Shown piece after piece: positions 49,238-59,800 of a stretch of 64,000 nucleotides of DNA. Under the pieces are notes generated by a model. That model worked only from the letters and a program-made list of their open reading frames with translations, ran no database searches and was not told where the DNA came from. The stretch is from contig JAIKZH010000081.1 in the NCBI GenBank assembly GCA_024682395.1, positions 6,623-70,622 on the forward strand, read 5' to 3'. Source of the stretch: Bacteroidaceae bacterium. GTDB taxonomy: Bacteria > Bacteroidota > Bacteroidia > Bacteroidales > Bacteroidaceae. The position numbers were made by a program, and so were the translations under genes. How positions within the stretch are numbered: the first letter of the stretch is position 1; every line of letters starts with the position of its first letter.

Positions 49238-52200
49238 ATGGAAGATTTCGTACATTTACATGTACATACACAATATTCAATTCTCGATGGTCAGGCCAGT
49301 ATATCTCGCTTGGTAGATAAAGCAATTGCTGACGGTCAAAAAGGACTTGCTGTCACCGACCACGGAAATATGTTTGGAATCAAAGAATTCTTTAATTATG
49401 TAAAGAAGGTAAAGGGAAAGAATCCCGATGTTGATTTTAAACCTATTTTCGGTTGCGAGGTGTATTGTGCGCGAAGAGGATTGACTATTAAGGATGAAAA
49501 GATTGATAGAAGTGGATGGCACCTTATTCTGCTTGCGAAAAACTCTGTTGGATATCATAATCTTGTAAAAATTGTTAGTAAAGCATGGACTGACGGTTTT
49601 TATTTGCGTCCACGTACAGATCACGAAGAACTGAAGAAACATAGTGAGGGAATAATATGTTGTTCTGCTTGTATTGCAGGTGAAGTCCCTGCTTATGTGC
49701 TCGACAATCAGATAGATAAGGCTGAGGAGTCTATCGAGTGGTTCAAAGAAGTTTATGGCGATGATTATTATCTTGAGTTACAACGTCATGAAGTTAAAGA
49801 TCCCAACCAGATAGCAAATCGTGAAACATTCCCTTTGCAGCAACGTGCTAATCGTGTGTTGATAGAATTGGCAAATAAACATAAAGTGAAATTAGTATGT
49901 ACTAACGATGTGCATTTCGTGGATGAAGAAAATGCCGAAGCGCACGACAGATTGCTTTGTGTTAGTACTGGAGCTGATTTGGATAGTACTCAACGTATGC
50001 TTTATTCAAAGCAAGAATGGATGAAGACTAAGGCTGAGATGAATGAAATATTCAGTGATGTCCCTGAGGCTCTTGCTAATACTGTTGAGGTGTTGAATAA
50101 GGTTGAGGTTTACGATATCGACCACGCTCCTATCATGCCTAATTATGACATACCTAAGGAATTCGGTACTGAGGAAGAATACCGAAGCCGAATTACTGAA
50201 CAGGAACTCTTTGACGAGTTTACCCGTGATGAAAATGGTAATGTGATAATGACAGAGGAGGAGGGCAAAAAGAAGATTGCCAAGATGGGAGGATATGAGA
50301 AACTCTACCGAATAAAGTTTGAGGCCGATTATCTTGCTAAAATCACATACGAAGGTGCTAAGAAATATTATGGCGATCCTATACCTGAAAATGTGCTGCA
50401 ACAAATAAACTTTGAGTTGCACGTGATGAAGACAATGGGTTTCCCTGGCTACTTCCTTATTGTTCAAGACTATATACGCGCTGCAAGAAACGAACTTGGC
50501 GTGTGGGTCGGTCCTGGACGTGGTAGTGCGGCAGGAAGTGTTGTTGCCTATTGCTTGGAAATCACTAAGGTCGATCCTATCAAATACGACTTGCTGTTTG
50601 AACGATTCCTTAACCCAGACCGTATCAGTTTGCCTGATATCGATGTCGATTTCGATGATGATGGTCGAGGTAAGGTGCTGCAGTGGGTTACAAACAAATA
50701 CGGAGCAGAAAAAGTTGCACATATTATAACCTATGGTTCTATGGCAACGAAGTCTGCTATCAAAGACGTTGCTCGAGTGCAGAAAGTACCTCTTTCTGTG
50801 GTTAATGCGTGGTGTAAGGCAATCCCCGATAAGTTGCCCGATGGCAAGAAAATGAATCTGAAGAATGTGGTTGAATGCGTCCCTGAAATTAAAGATGCTG
50901 CCACATCTCCCGATAAAAGCTTTAGGGATACTATAAAATATGCCCAAATGCTCGAAAACAACGTAAGAAATACGGGTGTTCATGCTTGTGGTACCATTAT
51001 TTGTCGAGACGATATTACCGATTGGGTACCTGTAAGTACTGCCGTTGATAAGGACGGACAGATGGTGAACTGTACTCAGTACGATGGTCATGTCATTGAG
51101 GAAACTGGATTGATCAAGATGGACTTCCTCGGACTTAAGACCTTGTCGCAATTGAAGGAGGCTGTTGATATTATCAGGGAAAGTATGGGCGTTGAGGTCG
51201 ATGTGGATTACTTAGATATCGAAGACCCAGTTTCTTATCAACTTTATTGCGACGGACGTACAGTCGGTACGTTCCAGTTTGAATCGGCAGGAATGCAGAA
51301 ATATTTGCGTGAGTTACAACCTCATGTATTTGAAGACTTGATTGCGATGAATGCTCTGTATCGTCCAGGACCTATGGATTATATCCCTGATTTCATCGAT
51401 AGAAAATTGGGCAGAAAGCCGATCGAGTATGATATTCCAGTGATGGAGAAATATCTGAAGGAAACCTATGGTATCACAGTCTATCAAGAACAGGTGATGC
51501 TCTTGTCGCGTCTTCTTGCTGATTTTACACGTGGTGAGAGTGATACCTTACGTAAGGCCATGGGTAAGAAGCAGAAAGATAAACTGGATATGCTTCATCC
51601 GAAATTTATAGAGGGCGGACAGAAGAATGGACATGATAAAGATATTCTCGAGAAAATATGGGCAGACTGGGAGAAATTTGCATCTTATGCTTTCAATAAG
51701 AGTCATGCCACATGTTATTCGTGGGTAGCCTATCAAACTGCCTACATGAAGGCAAACTATCCTTCACAATGGATGGCAGCTGTCATGAGTCGAAGTTTGG
51801 CTGATATCAGTGAAATTTCCAAACTGATGGATGAATGTAAGTCGATAGGAATAAAGACGTTGGTTCCGGATGTGAATGAAAGTAATCTTAAATTCACAGT
51901 TAATACAAATGGTGATATCCGATTTGCTTTGGCTGCAATAAAAGGTGTGGGTGAGAACGCTGTTATGTCTATTATAAATGAGCGTAAGAAAGATGGACCA
52001 TATACCGATGTGTTTAATCTTGTGGAACGTGTGAATCTTTCTTTATGTAACCGTAAGACTCTCGAAAGTTTAGCCTTGGCTGGTGCTTTCGACTCGTTCG
52101 GTTTGCCACGCGAAACATATGTGACTAAGGTGAATTCGAACGATACATTCCTTGATGTGCTTGTGCGTTACGGAAACAGATATCAGGCCGATCAGTCGGA

Positions 52201-52930
52201 AGCTAAAGGTGGATTGTTCGGCGAAATAGTCATCGAGACTGTTCATCCTGAAATACCAAAAGATGTTGAACTTTGGAGCACCATGGATCGCCTTGAGAAA
52301 GAACGTGAGTTGGTAGGAATATACCTCTCAGCTCATCCTCTTGATGATTATGCTGTGATTTTAAAGTATGTGTGCAACACACGCATGTCTGAATTGGCAG
52401 ACCTGACTAAGGTCTGTGACAGAGCTGAAGTCATTTGTGGCGGTTTGGTCACTGAAGTAAAATCGGGAATGACAAAGAAAGGTACTCCATGTGGTTTCGT
52501 AACCATTCAGGATTTCTCTGGTAGTTACCGATGGGCATTGTTTGGCAAAGATTGGTTAGATCAGAAGAGTAGATTCGAGGAAGGAATCGGAGTGTTTATA
52601 AAAGCTAAGGTTCAACCTCGTAAGTACGACAAAAACACACTGGAAATTGTTATTTTATCGGTAGATTTATTGTCTGAGATGAAAGATACTGCTGTTTCTG
52701 AAGTTTCAGTGGCGGTGAACCTGAATAAAATAAACGAACAGAAAATAGCCGACTTGCTTGAATTGATTTATCAGCATCCTGGACAATCCGAACTTATTGT
52801 AAGATTCAAGGATATAAATGGTCGTCTTCTTTCGATGAAATCGAAGACACACAAGATCTCTGTACATCAAGATTTGTTGAATTTTGCAGAAGAAAATTCC
52901 GAAATGATAAGACTGACGATTAATCAGTAA
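49238..52930 (+). CDS. dnaE: DNA polymerase III alpha subunit
   Basis: PHP domain FVHLHVHTQYSILDG, palm/fingers LPDIDVDF and GLIKMDFLGLKTL, C-terminal OB fold; 1230 aa. Confidence 0.95.
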   Translation: MEDFVHLHVHTQYSILDGQASISRLVDKAIADGQKGLAVTDHGNMFGIKEFFNYVKKVKGKNPDVDFKPIFGCEVYCARRGLTIKDEKIDRSGWHLILLAKNSVGYHNLVKIVSKAWTDGFYLRPRTDHEELKKHSEGIICCSACIAGEVPAYVLDNQIDKAEESIEWFKEVYGDDYYLELQRHEVKDPNQIANRETFPLQQRANRVLIELANKHKVKLVCTNDVHFVDEENAEAHDRLLCVSTGADLDSTQRMLYSKQEWMKTKAEMNEIFSDVPEALANTVEVLNKVEVYDIDHAPIMPNYDIPKEFGTEEEYRSRITEQELFDEFTRDENGNVIMTEEEGKKKIAKMGGYEKLYRIKFEADYLAKITYEGAKKYYGDPIPENVLQQINFELHVMKTMGFPGYFLIVQDYIRAARNELGVWVGPGRGSAAGSVVAYCLEITKVDPIKYDLLFERFLNPDRISLPDIDVDFDDDGRGKVLQWVTNKYGAEKVAHIITYGSMATKSAIKDVARVQKVPLSVVNAWCKAIPDKLPDGKKMNLKNVVECVPEIKDAATSPDKSFRDTIKYAQMLENNVRNTGVHACGTIICRDDITDWVPVSTAVDKDGQMVNCTQYDGHVIEETGLIKMDFLGLKTLSQLKEAVDIIRESMGVEVDVDYLDIEDPVSYQLYCDGRTVGTFQFESAGMQKYLRELQPHVFEDLIAMNALYRPGPMDYIPDFIDRKLGRKPIEYDIPVMEKYLKETYGITVYQEQVMLLSRLLADFTRGESDTLRKAMGKKQKDKLDMLHPKFIEGGQKNGHDKDILEKIWADWEKFASYAFNKSHATCYSWVAYQTAYMKANYPSQWMAAVMSRSLADISEISKLMDECKSIGIKTLVPDVNESNLKFTVNTNGDIRFALAAIKGVGENAVMSIINERKKDGPYTDVFNLVERVNLSLCNRKTLESLALAGAFDSFGLPRETYVTKVNSNDTFLDVLVRYGNRYQADQSEAKGGLFGEIVIETVHPEIPKDVELWSTMDRLEKERELVGIYLSAHPLDDYAVILKYVCNTRMSELADLTKVCDRAEVICGGLVTEVKSGMTKKGTPCGFVTIQDFSGSYRWALFGKDWLDQKSRFEEGIGVFIKAKVQPRKYDKNTLEIVILSVDLLSEMKDTAVSEVSVAVNLNKINEQKIADLLELIYQHPGQSELIVRFKDINGRLLSMKSKTHKISVHQDLLNFAEENSEMIRLTINQ

Positions 52931-53053
52931 CGACGAATCTACTTAATATACGCTTGTTATTTGATTTGTTGCTGATAGTTAATGCTATAAGCGCAAATCA
53001 AGTATAATTAACGTTAATTTCACGCGTGCGTGCGCAAAAAGAAAGTGAATCCT

Positions 53054-53084
53054 TTTGCGATTACCCCATATTTGTATATCTTTG
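53054..53084 (+). promoter_or_regulatory. Bacteroides-type promoter (-33 TTTG at 53054-53057; -7 TATCTTTG at 53077-53084) for the five-gene cluster
   Basis: Both consensus elements are present with 19-nt spacing. The ATG at 53104 follows 19 nt after the -7 box. Confidence 0.5.
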
Positions 53085-53103
53085 CATCGTAAATTGCGTT
53101 ATT

Positions 53104-54657
53104 ATGCTCAAATTGGTATTTAGTAAAATAGTAGAAAATATTTTCGGACACAACACAGCATTGTGTTTGCTTTTATGCATAGTGGCATTAAGTTTTACAG
53201 ATTGTCGCAATAGTCGTCAGCGTGATTTTGACCGTCTGTTGGTTTCTGTAGCAGCAGAAGATGGTGTCGTCGATTATAATGACTGGCAGAAGATTGTTGA
53301 GTATATCTCATCCAATGCAGCGCATTTCAGTCAGTTCATGAAGGACGATGAGATTGATGCAGAATTGGTAAAACAATATATCAGCGATATGTTTGCTAAT
53401 CGTCGTCCGTCTAAAGACATTCTTTTTGACGGGGCAGGAACAGGAAAGGAGTTCTTGACGGTGAAATTATATCTTGAACGTAGTGGAAGTATGATTCCAT
53501 ATGATTCCTCAAAAGGACGAGGCGAATTCAAGAATTCTATAGTGTCAATCTTAAATAGTCTTCCAGGTAATCCTGAAGATAACAGCATCTTCATCGTAAA
53601 CGACGGAGTATTTAAGTATCCAAAGACTTTTCGTGATTTTATTACTGACAAGAATATCTTTGAAACCACAAAAGGTATAGGAAATGCCAGTTATACAGAT
53701 TTCGGATGTATTCTCGACTCTGTGCTTAACAGAAACGGAGCCGATGACATCAGTATTCTTGTTAGTGATATGATATATTCCACTGCCGATGTTGGAGTGG
53801 TTAATACTGATAAAATATTCAGTGAGGCAAAATCTACTACTCAAGCCATCATGAAGAATATGGCATCAAATAAATCAATATTGTTTGTAAAACTCAATTC
53901 TTCATTCATCGGAACATATTATCCATACAACCAACCTCATGGTGTGCAGTATAATGGTATGCGTCCGTATTACATCATGATTGTAGGTGATAATGCCAAT
54001 ATAAAACGACTTGCAAGTAGTGATAAATACAAACGATTCAGTCAGTTAACAGAACTCAAAGGATTTGAACATATGACCTTATTCACTCATGACAAGTGTT
54101 ATAGCCCATATTATTCAGTTCTTTTGTCTGATAACGATATGATAGGTCGAATGAGAGCAGATCATAAGAAAAATGATGGTGATGCTATTCATGCCTTAAC
54201 CAGTGTAACTCCAGACAACGACTCAGGCGTTTTACAAATTGTATTATCTGTGAACTTCAACGATATGTTTGTTGAGGAAAGTTATCTCACAGATATCAAT
54301 AATTATGTTATAGAATCGGATGACCCAGTTGAGATTACATCAATAAAAGCTATCGAGAAGTCTGATATCACACAGAACAACCGCGAAGCGATGGAAAAGG
54401 CAACACATCGAGTTGTACTTAAATTGAAGAAATTCAGTCATGACCAGAAAGTAACTATCCGACTTAAGAATAAATTCCAACAATGGATTGTTGATTCAAA
54501 CAGTGATGATGACTCGCATCCTGATGCATCTGACAGACATTTTGCATCTACGACCTTCTCTTTACAACCTCTTATGGAGGGTATATACGATAGTTATGCA
54601 GCATTATCTAACGAAAGCCTTGATTATTTCGTGATAGATCTGTTTTTAGATAAATAA
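53104..54657 (+). CDS. Signal-anchored (possibly lipidated) vWA-like domain protein, cluster gene 1
   Basis: Hydrophobic N-terminus ALCLLLCIVALSFTDC. MIDAS-like series at vWA-typical spacing: LYLERSGSM (nt 53476-53493; E replaces the usual D), then ~70 aa to GNASYTDFG, then ~25 aa to ISILVSDMIY. The ~280-aa C-terminal region is unassigned. The listed start at 53026 spans the promoter, so I prefer ATG 53104. Confidence 0.55.
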   Translation: MLKLVFSKIVENIFGHNTALCLLLCIVALSFTDCRNSRQRDFDRLLVSVAAEDGVVDYNDWQKIVEYISSNAAHFSQFMKDDEIDAELVKQYISDMFANRRPSKDILFDGAGTGKEFLTVKLYLERSGSMIPYDSSKGRGEFKNSIVSILNSLPGNPEDNSIFIVNDGVFKYPKTFRDFITDKNIFETTKGIGNASYTDFGCILDSVLNRNGADDISILVSDMIYSTADVGVVNTDKIFSEAKSTTQAIMKNMASNKSILFVKLNSSFIGTYYPYNQPHGVQYNGMRPYYIMIVGDNANIKRLASSDKYKRFSQLTELKGFEHMTLFTHDKCYSPYYSVLLSDNDMIGRMRADHKKNDGDAIHALTSVTPDNDSGVLQIVLSVNFNDMFVEESYLTDINNYVIESDDPVEITSIKAIEKSDITQNNREAMEKATHRVVLKLKKFSHDQKVTIRLKNKFQQWIVDSNSDDDSHPDASDRHFASTTFSLQPLMEGIYDSYAALSNESLDYFVIDLFLDK

Positions 54658-54703
54658 ATACATTTGTTCAAACAAAAAATAACAATTTATATATAAAAGT
54701 TAA

Positions 54704-55150
54704 ATGATTAAAAATTTTATTTTTCTTGCATTAGGAATTATCATAACAGTACTTTATGTTATATTTTCTACTGAGATATACGAGGCAATGAATCTTGATC
54801 CTGCATTTATGGACGAGATGTATAATGCTCATTTATATTCCACAATTGCTTCTACAATTGCTATAACAGTATGGATTGTTGCAGCCGTTTATTACTATCT
54901 TATCAATTCTGTAAGATTCAGCAGATGGTATCACTGGCTTATTATGCTTCTGTTGGCAATATTGGTGGCACCAAGTATCTCGATATATTTCCCTTTCTCA
55001 GAGTTTAGCGAGGAAGGCAAAGACTATCTTATGCAATTGATACAATTCAATTTGATAAATATTGGAATAACTATATTATTGTTTATTATCGTTTCGTTCT
55101 CAGTGAGATGGTGGAGCACAAACTGCCGACACACTCCTATTCCGGAATAG
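54704..55150 (+). CDS. Four-TM integral membrane protein, cluster gene 2
   Basis: Four hydrophobic helices (FIFLALGIIITVLYVIF; STIASTIAITVWIVAAVYYYLI; WLIMLLLAILVAPSISIYF; LINIGITILLFIIVSFSV). No motif recognised. Confidence 0.6.
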   Translation: MIKNFIFLALGIIITVLYVIFSTEIYEAMNLDPAFMDEMYNAHLYSTIASTIAITVWIVAAVYYYLINSVRFSRWYHWLIMLLLAILVAPSISIYFPFSEFSEEGKDYLMQLIQFNLINIGITILLFIIVSFSVRWWSTNCRHTPIPE

Positions 55151-55260
55151 AGACATAATATGGTTTTGATACTTAAGAATTGAAGAGAGAATAAAGAAAA
55201 TGATATGCGTACTAGAATCGATTTTGGTTTCTGGATGTTAATAAAAATATAATACAGGAG

Positions 55261-56787
55261 ATGAATCTATTTTTGTTTTTAGTTGGAGGTACTGGAGCAC
55301 GAGTTCTCAAACCGCTGGTAATGCAGTTAGCAGCAGGAGTACGTCCATGTGATGAGAATACAGGCGCACCTATCGCAGATTTACAGATTATTCCTATAAT
55401 AATGGATCCACATCGAGCAAATGAGGATCTCAAACGTACTGAAGATCTGTTGCGATGGTATAAAGAGATACGTCGAAGTCTATATGGTGAACGTACAGAT
55501 GTAGATCATGGATTTTTTAATGTGAAGATATCCACATTGGCAGATCTTATTCCTCAAAAAGGATTGAACAATTCATTTGTATTCAATTTGGGTAGTATTG
55601 CCGAGAAAGAATTCAAGGATTATATAGCATACGACACTCTTAATGATGCAAATCAGGCTCTTTGCAGTATGCTCTTCAGTAAGGATCAACTGAATACAAA
55701 GATGGATATCGGTTTTGTGGGCAGTCCTAACATCGGCGCAGTGGCCTTGAATCAGTTCAAAGATTCTGTGGAATTCCGTGAATTTGCTAATATATACAAA
55801 CGTGAAGACCGTATCTTTGTGGTAAGTTCAATTTTTGGTGGTACAGGCGCAGCGGGATTCCCTATCATTGTAAAGAACATACGTGATGCTGCAAGTAATC
55901 CGATGCTTACAAACAGAGGCGATTTGAGAGATGCAAAGATTGGCGCTCTTACAGTATTGCCATATTTTAATGTGGCAAGTGATGAAAATAGCCCTATTAC
56001 ACGTGCCGACTTTGTGATAAAGACGAAGTCTGCATTATATTACTATCAAGAGAATCTTACAGGTCCAAAGAGTTTGGCACTTAACGCATGTTATTATTTG
56101 GGCGATGAAGAGGCTTCTGTTCCTTATCCAAACGATCCAGGTGGTGACGGACAGCGCAATGATGCCCATTTCATCGAATATGTTGGTGCTTTGTCTATAT
56201 TGGATTTTATCTCTATACCAAACGATAAATTGATGACTATTGACGGTAAAGCACAAAATCCGCTGTTCCGTGAATATGGATTGAAATACGATGAGAAGAA
56301 CCTTACTTTAATGACATTTGGACAGAAAACACGTAATCTTGTCAATCAGTCATTAGTGAAGTTTCATCTGCTTTATATGTATCTGACAAATCAGTTTATG
56401 AAGGATATCGGACGAGGCTATACTTTGGATGCACCTGAGTTACGCTCTTCGTTTACATCTACCTCATTCTATCGTACATTGATAAATGAATTCTTCCATT
56501 CTTACTATGATTGGTTGATGGAGATGCAAAGTAACAATCGTTCGTTTGCTCCATTCAATATATTGACACTGAAACTGGAGAACTGTATAGTTGGTATTCC
56601 ACCTAAGAAAGGTCTTTTCAAAGGAGTTATTGATTACAAAACAGTTCTTTCTGCAATGAATGCAGAGTCAAAGAAAGCTACAACACAGTCGCGTTATTCG
56701 TCAAATCAACTTCCATTTAAACTGATGGATCTTTTCGATAGTGTTGCAGAGAAGATAATTGCAAAAAAGTTTAATTCAATCAAGTAA
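55261..56787 (+). CDS. Tubulin/FtsZ-superfamily-like GTPase (divergent; lacks a recognisable FtsZ C-terminal domain), cluster gene 3
   Basis: T1-like LFLVGGTGARV (G9-G12; nt 55285-55296). T3-like GFVGSPNIGAV (aa 151-161). T4 signature-like DRIFVVSSIFGGTGAAGFPII (GGTGAAG = aa 193-199, nt 55837-55857), then KIGALTVLPYF (aa 226-236), which mirrors E. coli FtsZ [31 protein letters not shown]. No signal peptide. Confidence 0.6.
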   Translation: MNLFLFLVGGTGARVLKPLVMQLAAGVRPCDENTGAPIADLQIIPIIMDPHRANEDLKRTEDLLRWYKEIRRSLYGERTDVDHGFFNVKISTLADLIPQKGLNNSFVFNLGSIAEKEFKDYIAYDTLNDANQALCSMLFSKDQLNTKMDIGFVGSPNIGAVALNQFKDSVEFREFANIYKREDRIFVVSSIFGGTGAAGFPIIVKNIRDAASNPMLTNRGDLRDAKIGALTVLPYFNVASDENSPITRADFVIKTKSALYYYQENLTGPKSLALNACYYLGDEEASVPYPNDPGGDGQRNDAHFIEYVGALSILDFISIPNDKLMTIDGKAQNPLFREYGLKYDEKNLTLMTFGQKTRNLVNQSLVKFHLLYMYLTNQFMKDIGRGYTLDAPELRSSFTSTSFYRTLINEFFHSYYDWLMEMQSNNRSFAPFNILTLKLENCIVGIPPKKGLFKGVIDYKTVLSAMNAESKKATTQSRYSSNQLPFKLMDLFDSVAEKIIAKKFNSIK

Positions 56788-56814
56788 ATCAAGACATTTG
56801 TTTCTAAATATAAA

Positions 56815-59800
56815 ATGAGTAAGGTACTATCATACAATAATAAAAGTAACGGTGAAGATTGGTTTGATATCACCCGCCAATATAGTAGGGATGAAATCGA
56901 TTCAATCACAGATTCTTCAGCTGGACTTACAGATAATCCACGTACAGCTATTCCAAGCCCGTTTGCACAGATGGATCTTGTGAAGAATGCTTTTCTTCGT
57001 CTTTCTTATAATGTGAATTTAAGAGGAAACCAACAGGATGAGAAACTTGTGTCGCAGGCTTTAGATATAGCACAGTTGTTCTTTAATATCAATGAATTGC
57101 GTGATAAAGTCAGGATTATAGAGTGGAATCGTTCTGTGAATCTTGAACAACTCAAGACTTCTCCAGAACATCGATTGTTAGGAGAAACACTGGATATGTA
57201 TCTTCGACAGGACAGCGAGGCTTATAACTTCAACCTAATGAATAAACTCTCGTTTATAGCATATAATAATCATGTATTAGGATGTACTTCACCAGCTTCG
57301 TTGTTTATGGCCTCACCAGATGCCACAGCAGGTGTATTTGATATTCCGATTGAACAAGGAATCAACTTGTTTGATCAATGGCGTCCTCTTTATAAACGTG
57401 AGCCTAAATTCGTTAAGTATATATATGCTCTTTTTACAGCATTCCCAATATTGAAACAACGTCTCGAAGCGGTAAATAAATATCTTATCACAAACTTCCT
57501 TATACTTAATCTCGATTTGCAGCGTGAGATTCTGCAAGAGATAGGTAATCCTCAGAGTATCAATGAGGATGAGACAGAAAAAGCTCGTAATTATCTTGAT
57601 ACCAATTACGAGACAACTGAGGAAGGTATGGAGGTTCTCGGTGTGCCTTTGTTCCAGAGCCGTACAGAAGATGTGATGGCAAATATAGCTAAGAGCGATT
57701 TTGTAATCAACCCAACACATAAGTTCGATGAGAATGAAAAACTGCCGTTAGTTCTTCAGAATAATCTAAATGCGCCAGTTACAGATCCGTTCAAATATAT
57801 CACTTATGATTGGGACGATTCAATAAAAATACGTCCAGAAGATTATGCCGTAAGTCCTGATAAACGTGTACTTCCTGCTACCACACATCAGTATCCATGG
57901 CTTACCGATGACGACTTTCTGCAACCATCACTTATCCGTCTTGATTTCCCTATCGATAAGGATTGTTTCTTCGACGGAAATCTGAAGATAAGTAATGGAG
58001 ATAATGACATTAAACATTATCTTTTGCCGTTGAAACCGCTGTTTTTCAAATATTTTGATACACGTGATTTATGGGGTACAATTGCAGGAAAACAACGTAT
58101 GGAGATACAAACATCACGTATCGGACAAAGTCGTATCGTGAAAGTAATCTTGAGAATTCCTGTTCAGAAACACGGAAAATATATAACATTGTCGCGTACA
58201 TATGTTGAATCAAAAGACGGACAACTCTTGTTCGCACCTGAAACAGGACAAGGTTCATTCGTCACCCTTTCATTTGCAATAGCAATATTCCCATTTGTCC
58301 GTACTGAAGGATACAACCAATACAAAGTACAGGTTGTTGACCGTGCGTTAGGACAATTTGAGAACTACAAGATAAAACTCGAATTCTATAAAGACGGATT
58401 TAATAAGCGTATTGACGATTCACAACTACAGAAATGTCGTGAGAGAAGTCTTAAGTCTCAGAAGATGGTAGGATCAAATTATTATAGTGTCAACACTGAT
58501 TTTGATTATACTAAGGTAGTTGTTGAGAATGAGGTCGGTGCTAAGTTTGGTGAAGGAATCATTTGTCCAAAATGGGAAAATGAAGTTCAAGGTGCCGATG
58601 CTTATACTTTTGCTGTTGACTTCGGTACAACAAATACTCATATTGAGGTTATGAAAGGTGACGGATCACCAGAGCCGTTGAAAATCGATCCTCAGCAACG
58701 TAGCCGATTGGTTGCAACTCTGTATAATGGTGAGAACTTGCTTTATGATGTTATCATCAAACAAGAGTTTGCGCCAAAAGTCATTGCTACTGATTATGGA
58801 TTCCCACAACGAACAGTATTGTCTGAATGTGAACGTGTTGATGCCGCAAATGTCGATGAAATCATAGCTTTGGGTGATGCAAATATACCGTTTATTTACG
58901 AGAAGGAATCTATTGGATATGGAAATAGAATAATTCCAAACTTGAAATGGTCGTCTGATATCTCCAATAGTAAACGCATCAGTTGTTATCTCACTGAGAT
59001 TGCTTTACTCATGCGCTCAAAAGTATTGTTGGAACAAGGCAATCTGAAAGAAACAAGACTGGTGTGGTTCTATCCTCTTAGTATGGAAACCGGTAAAATC
59101 AGTCAGTTGCGACAGATATGGGCTAAGACCTTCCAAAATGTATTCGGAATTCCTGTACGTGAAGGTATCAACCTGATTGAGATGCCTGAGTCGGTGGCAC
59201 CATATTATTATTATAAGAACTCATCACAGTTTAAAGGTGCGGCTTCTACCGTTGCCTCTATTGACATAGGTGGTGGCTCAAGTGATATTGTAGTATATCA
59301 ACGCGAAAATGAGTCTAAGATACCAAATGTGGTTACATCATTCCGTTTTGCAGCTAACACCCTCTTCGGAGATGCTTTCTCAGAGGTACCTCAAGGTAAT
59401 CATAATCCGATGCTTATAAAATATGTGGATTATTTCCGTATGTTGTTTAATAATGATGAGGATTTATATGGTGAGTTATTAGGTATATTGGATGATATAG
59501 TCGATAAAAAGAAATCAGAGGATATCAATGCCTTCTTGTTCTCTATAGAGTCCAACAAGGCTACAAAGGGTAACGATGTGTTCTCATATAATTTACGATT
59601 GAATCAGGATTCAATGCGTAAGATTATATTTGTGTATTTCTACGTCACATTGGTTTATTATGTAGCAAACCTTATGAAGTTCAAGGGACTTGACATGCCA
59701 CGTTGTATCATGTTCAGTGGTACTGGTTCGAAAGTTCTTAAGATTGTAGGAAGCAACCGCGAACTGAATAACCTTACACAGATTGTTATTGAACGTATTT

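Noticed and set aside
50006-51151. 381-aa ORF antisense to dnaE
   Set aside because: It lies entirely inside the strongly supported dnaE reading frame. Its translation is low-complexity, Cys/His/Ile/Phe-rich junk with no motifs. This is the typical shadow ORF of a long gene in an AT-rich genome.
53021-53059. GC-rich CACGCGTGCGTGCGC tract plus a CGCAAAA/TTTTGCG hairpin downstream of dnaE, as a special element
   Set aside because: The stem is short (7 bp) with a 13-nt loop and no T-run. Its right arm coincides with the -33 TTTG of the cluster promoter. It could be a weak dnaE terminator, but the evidence is too thin.
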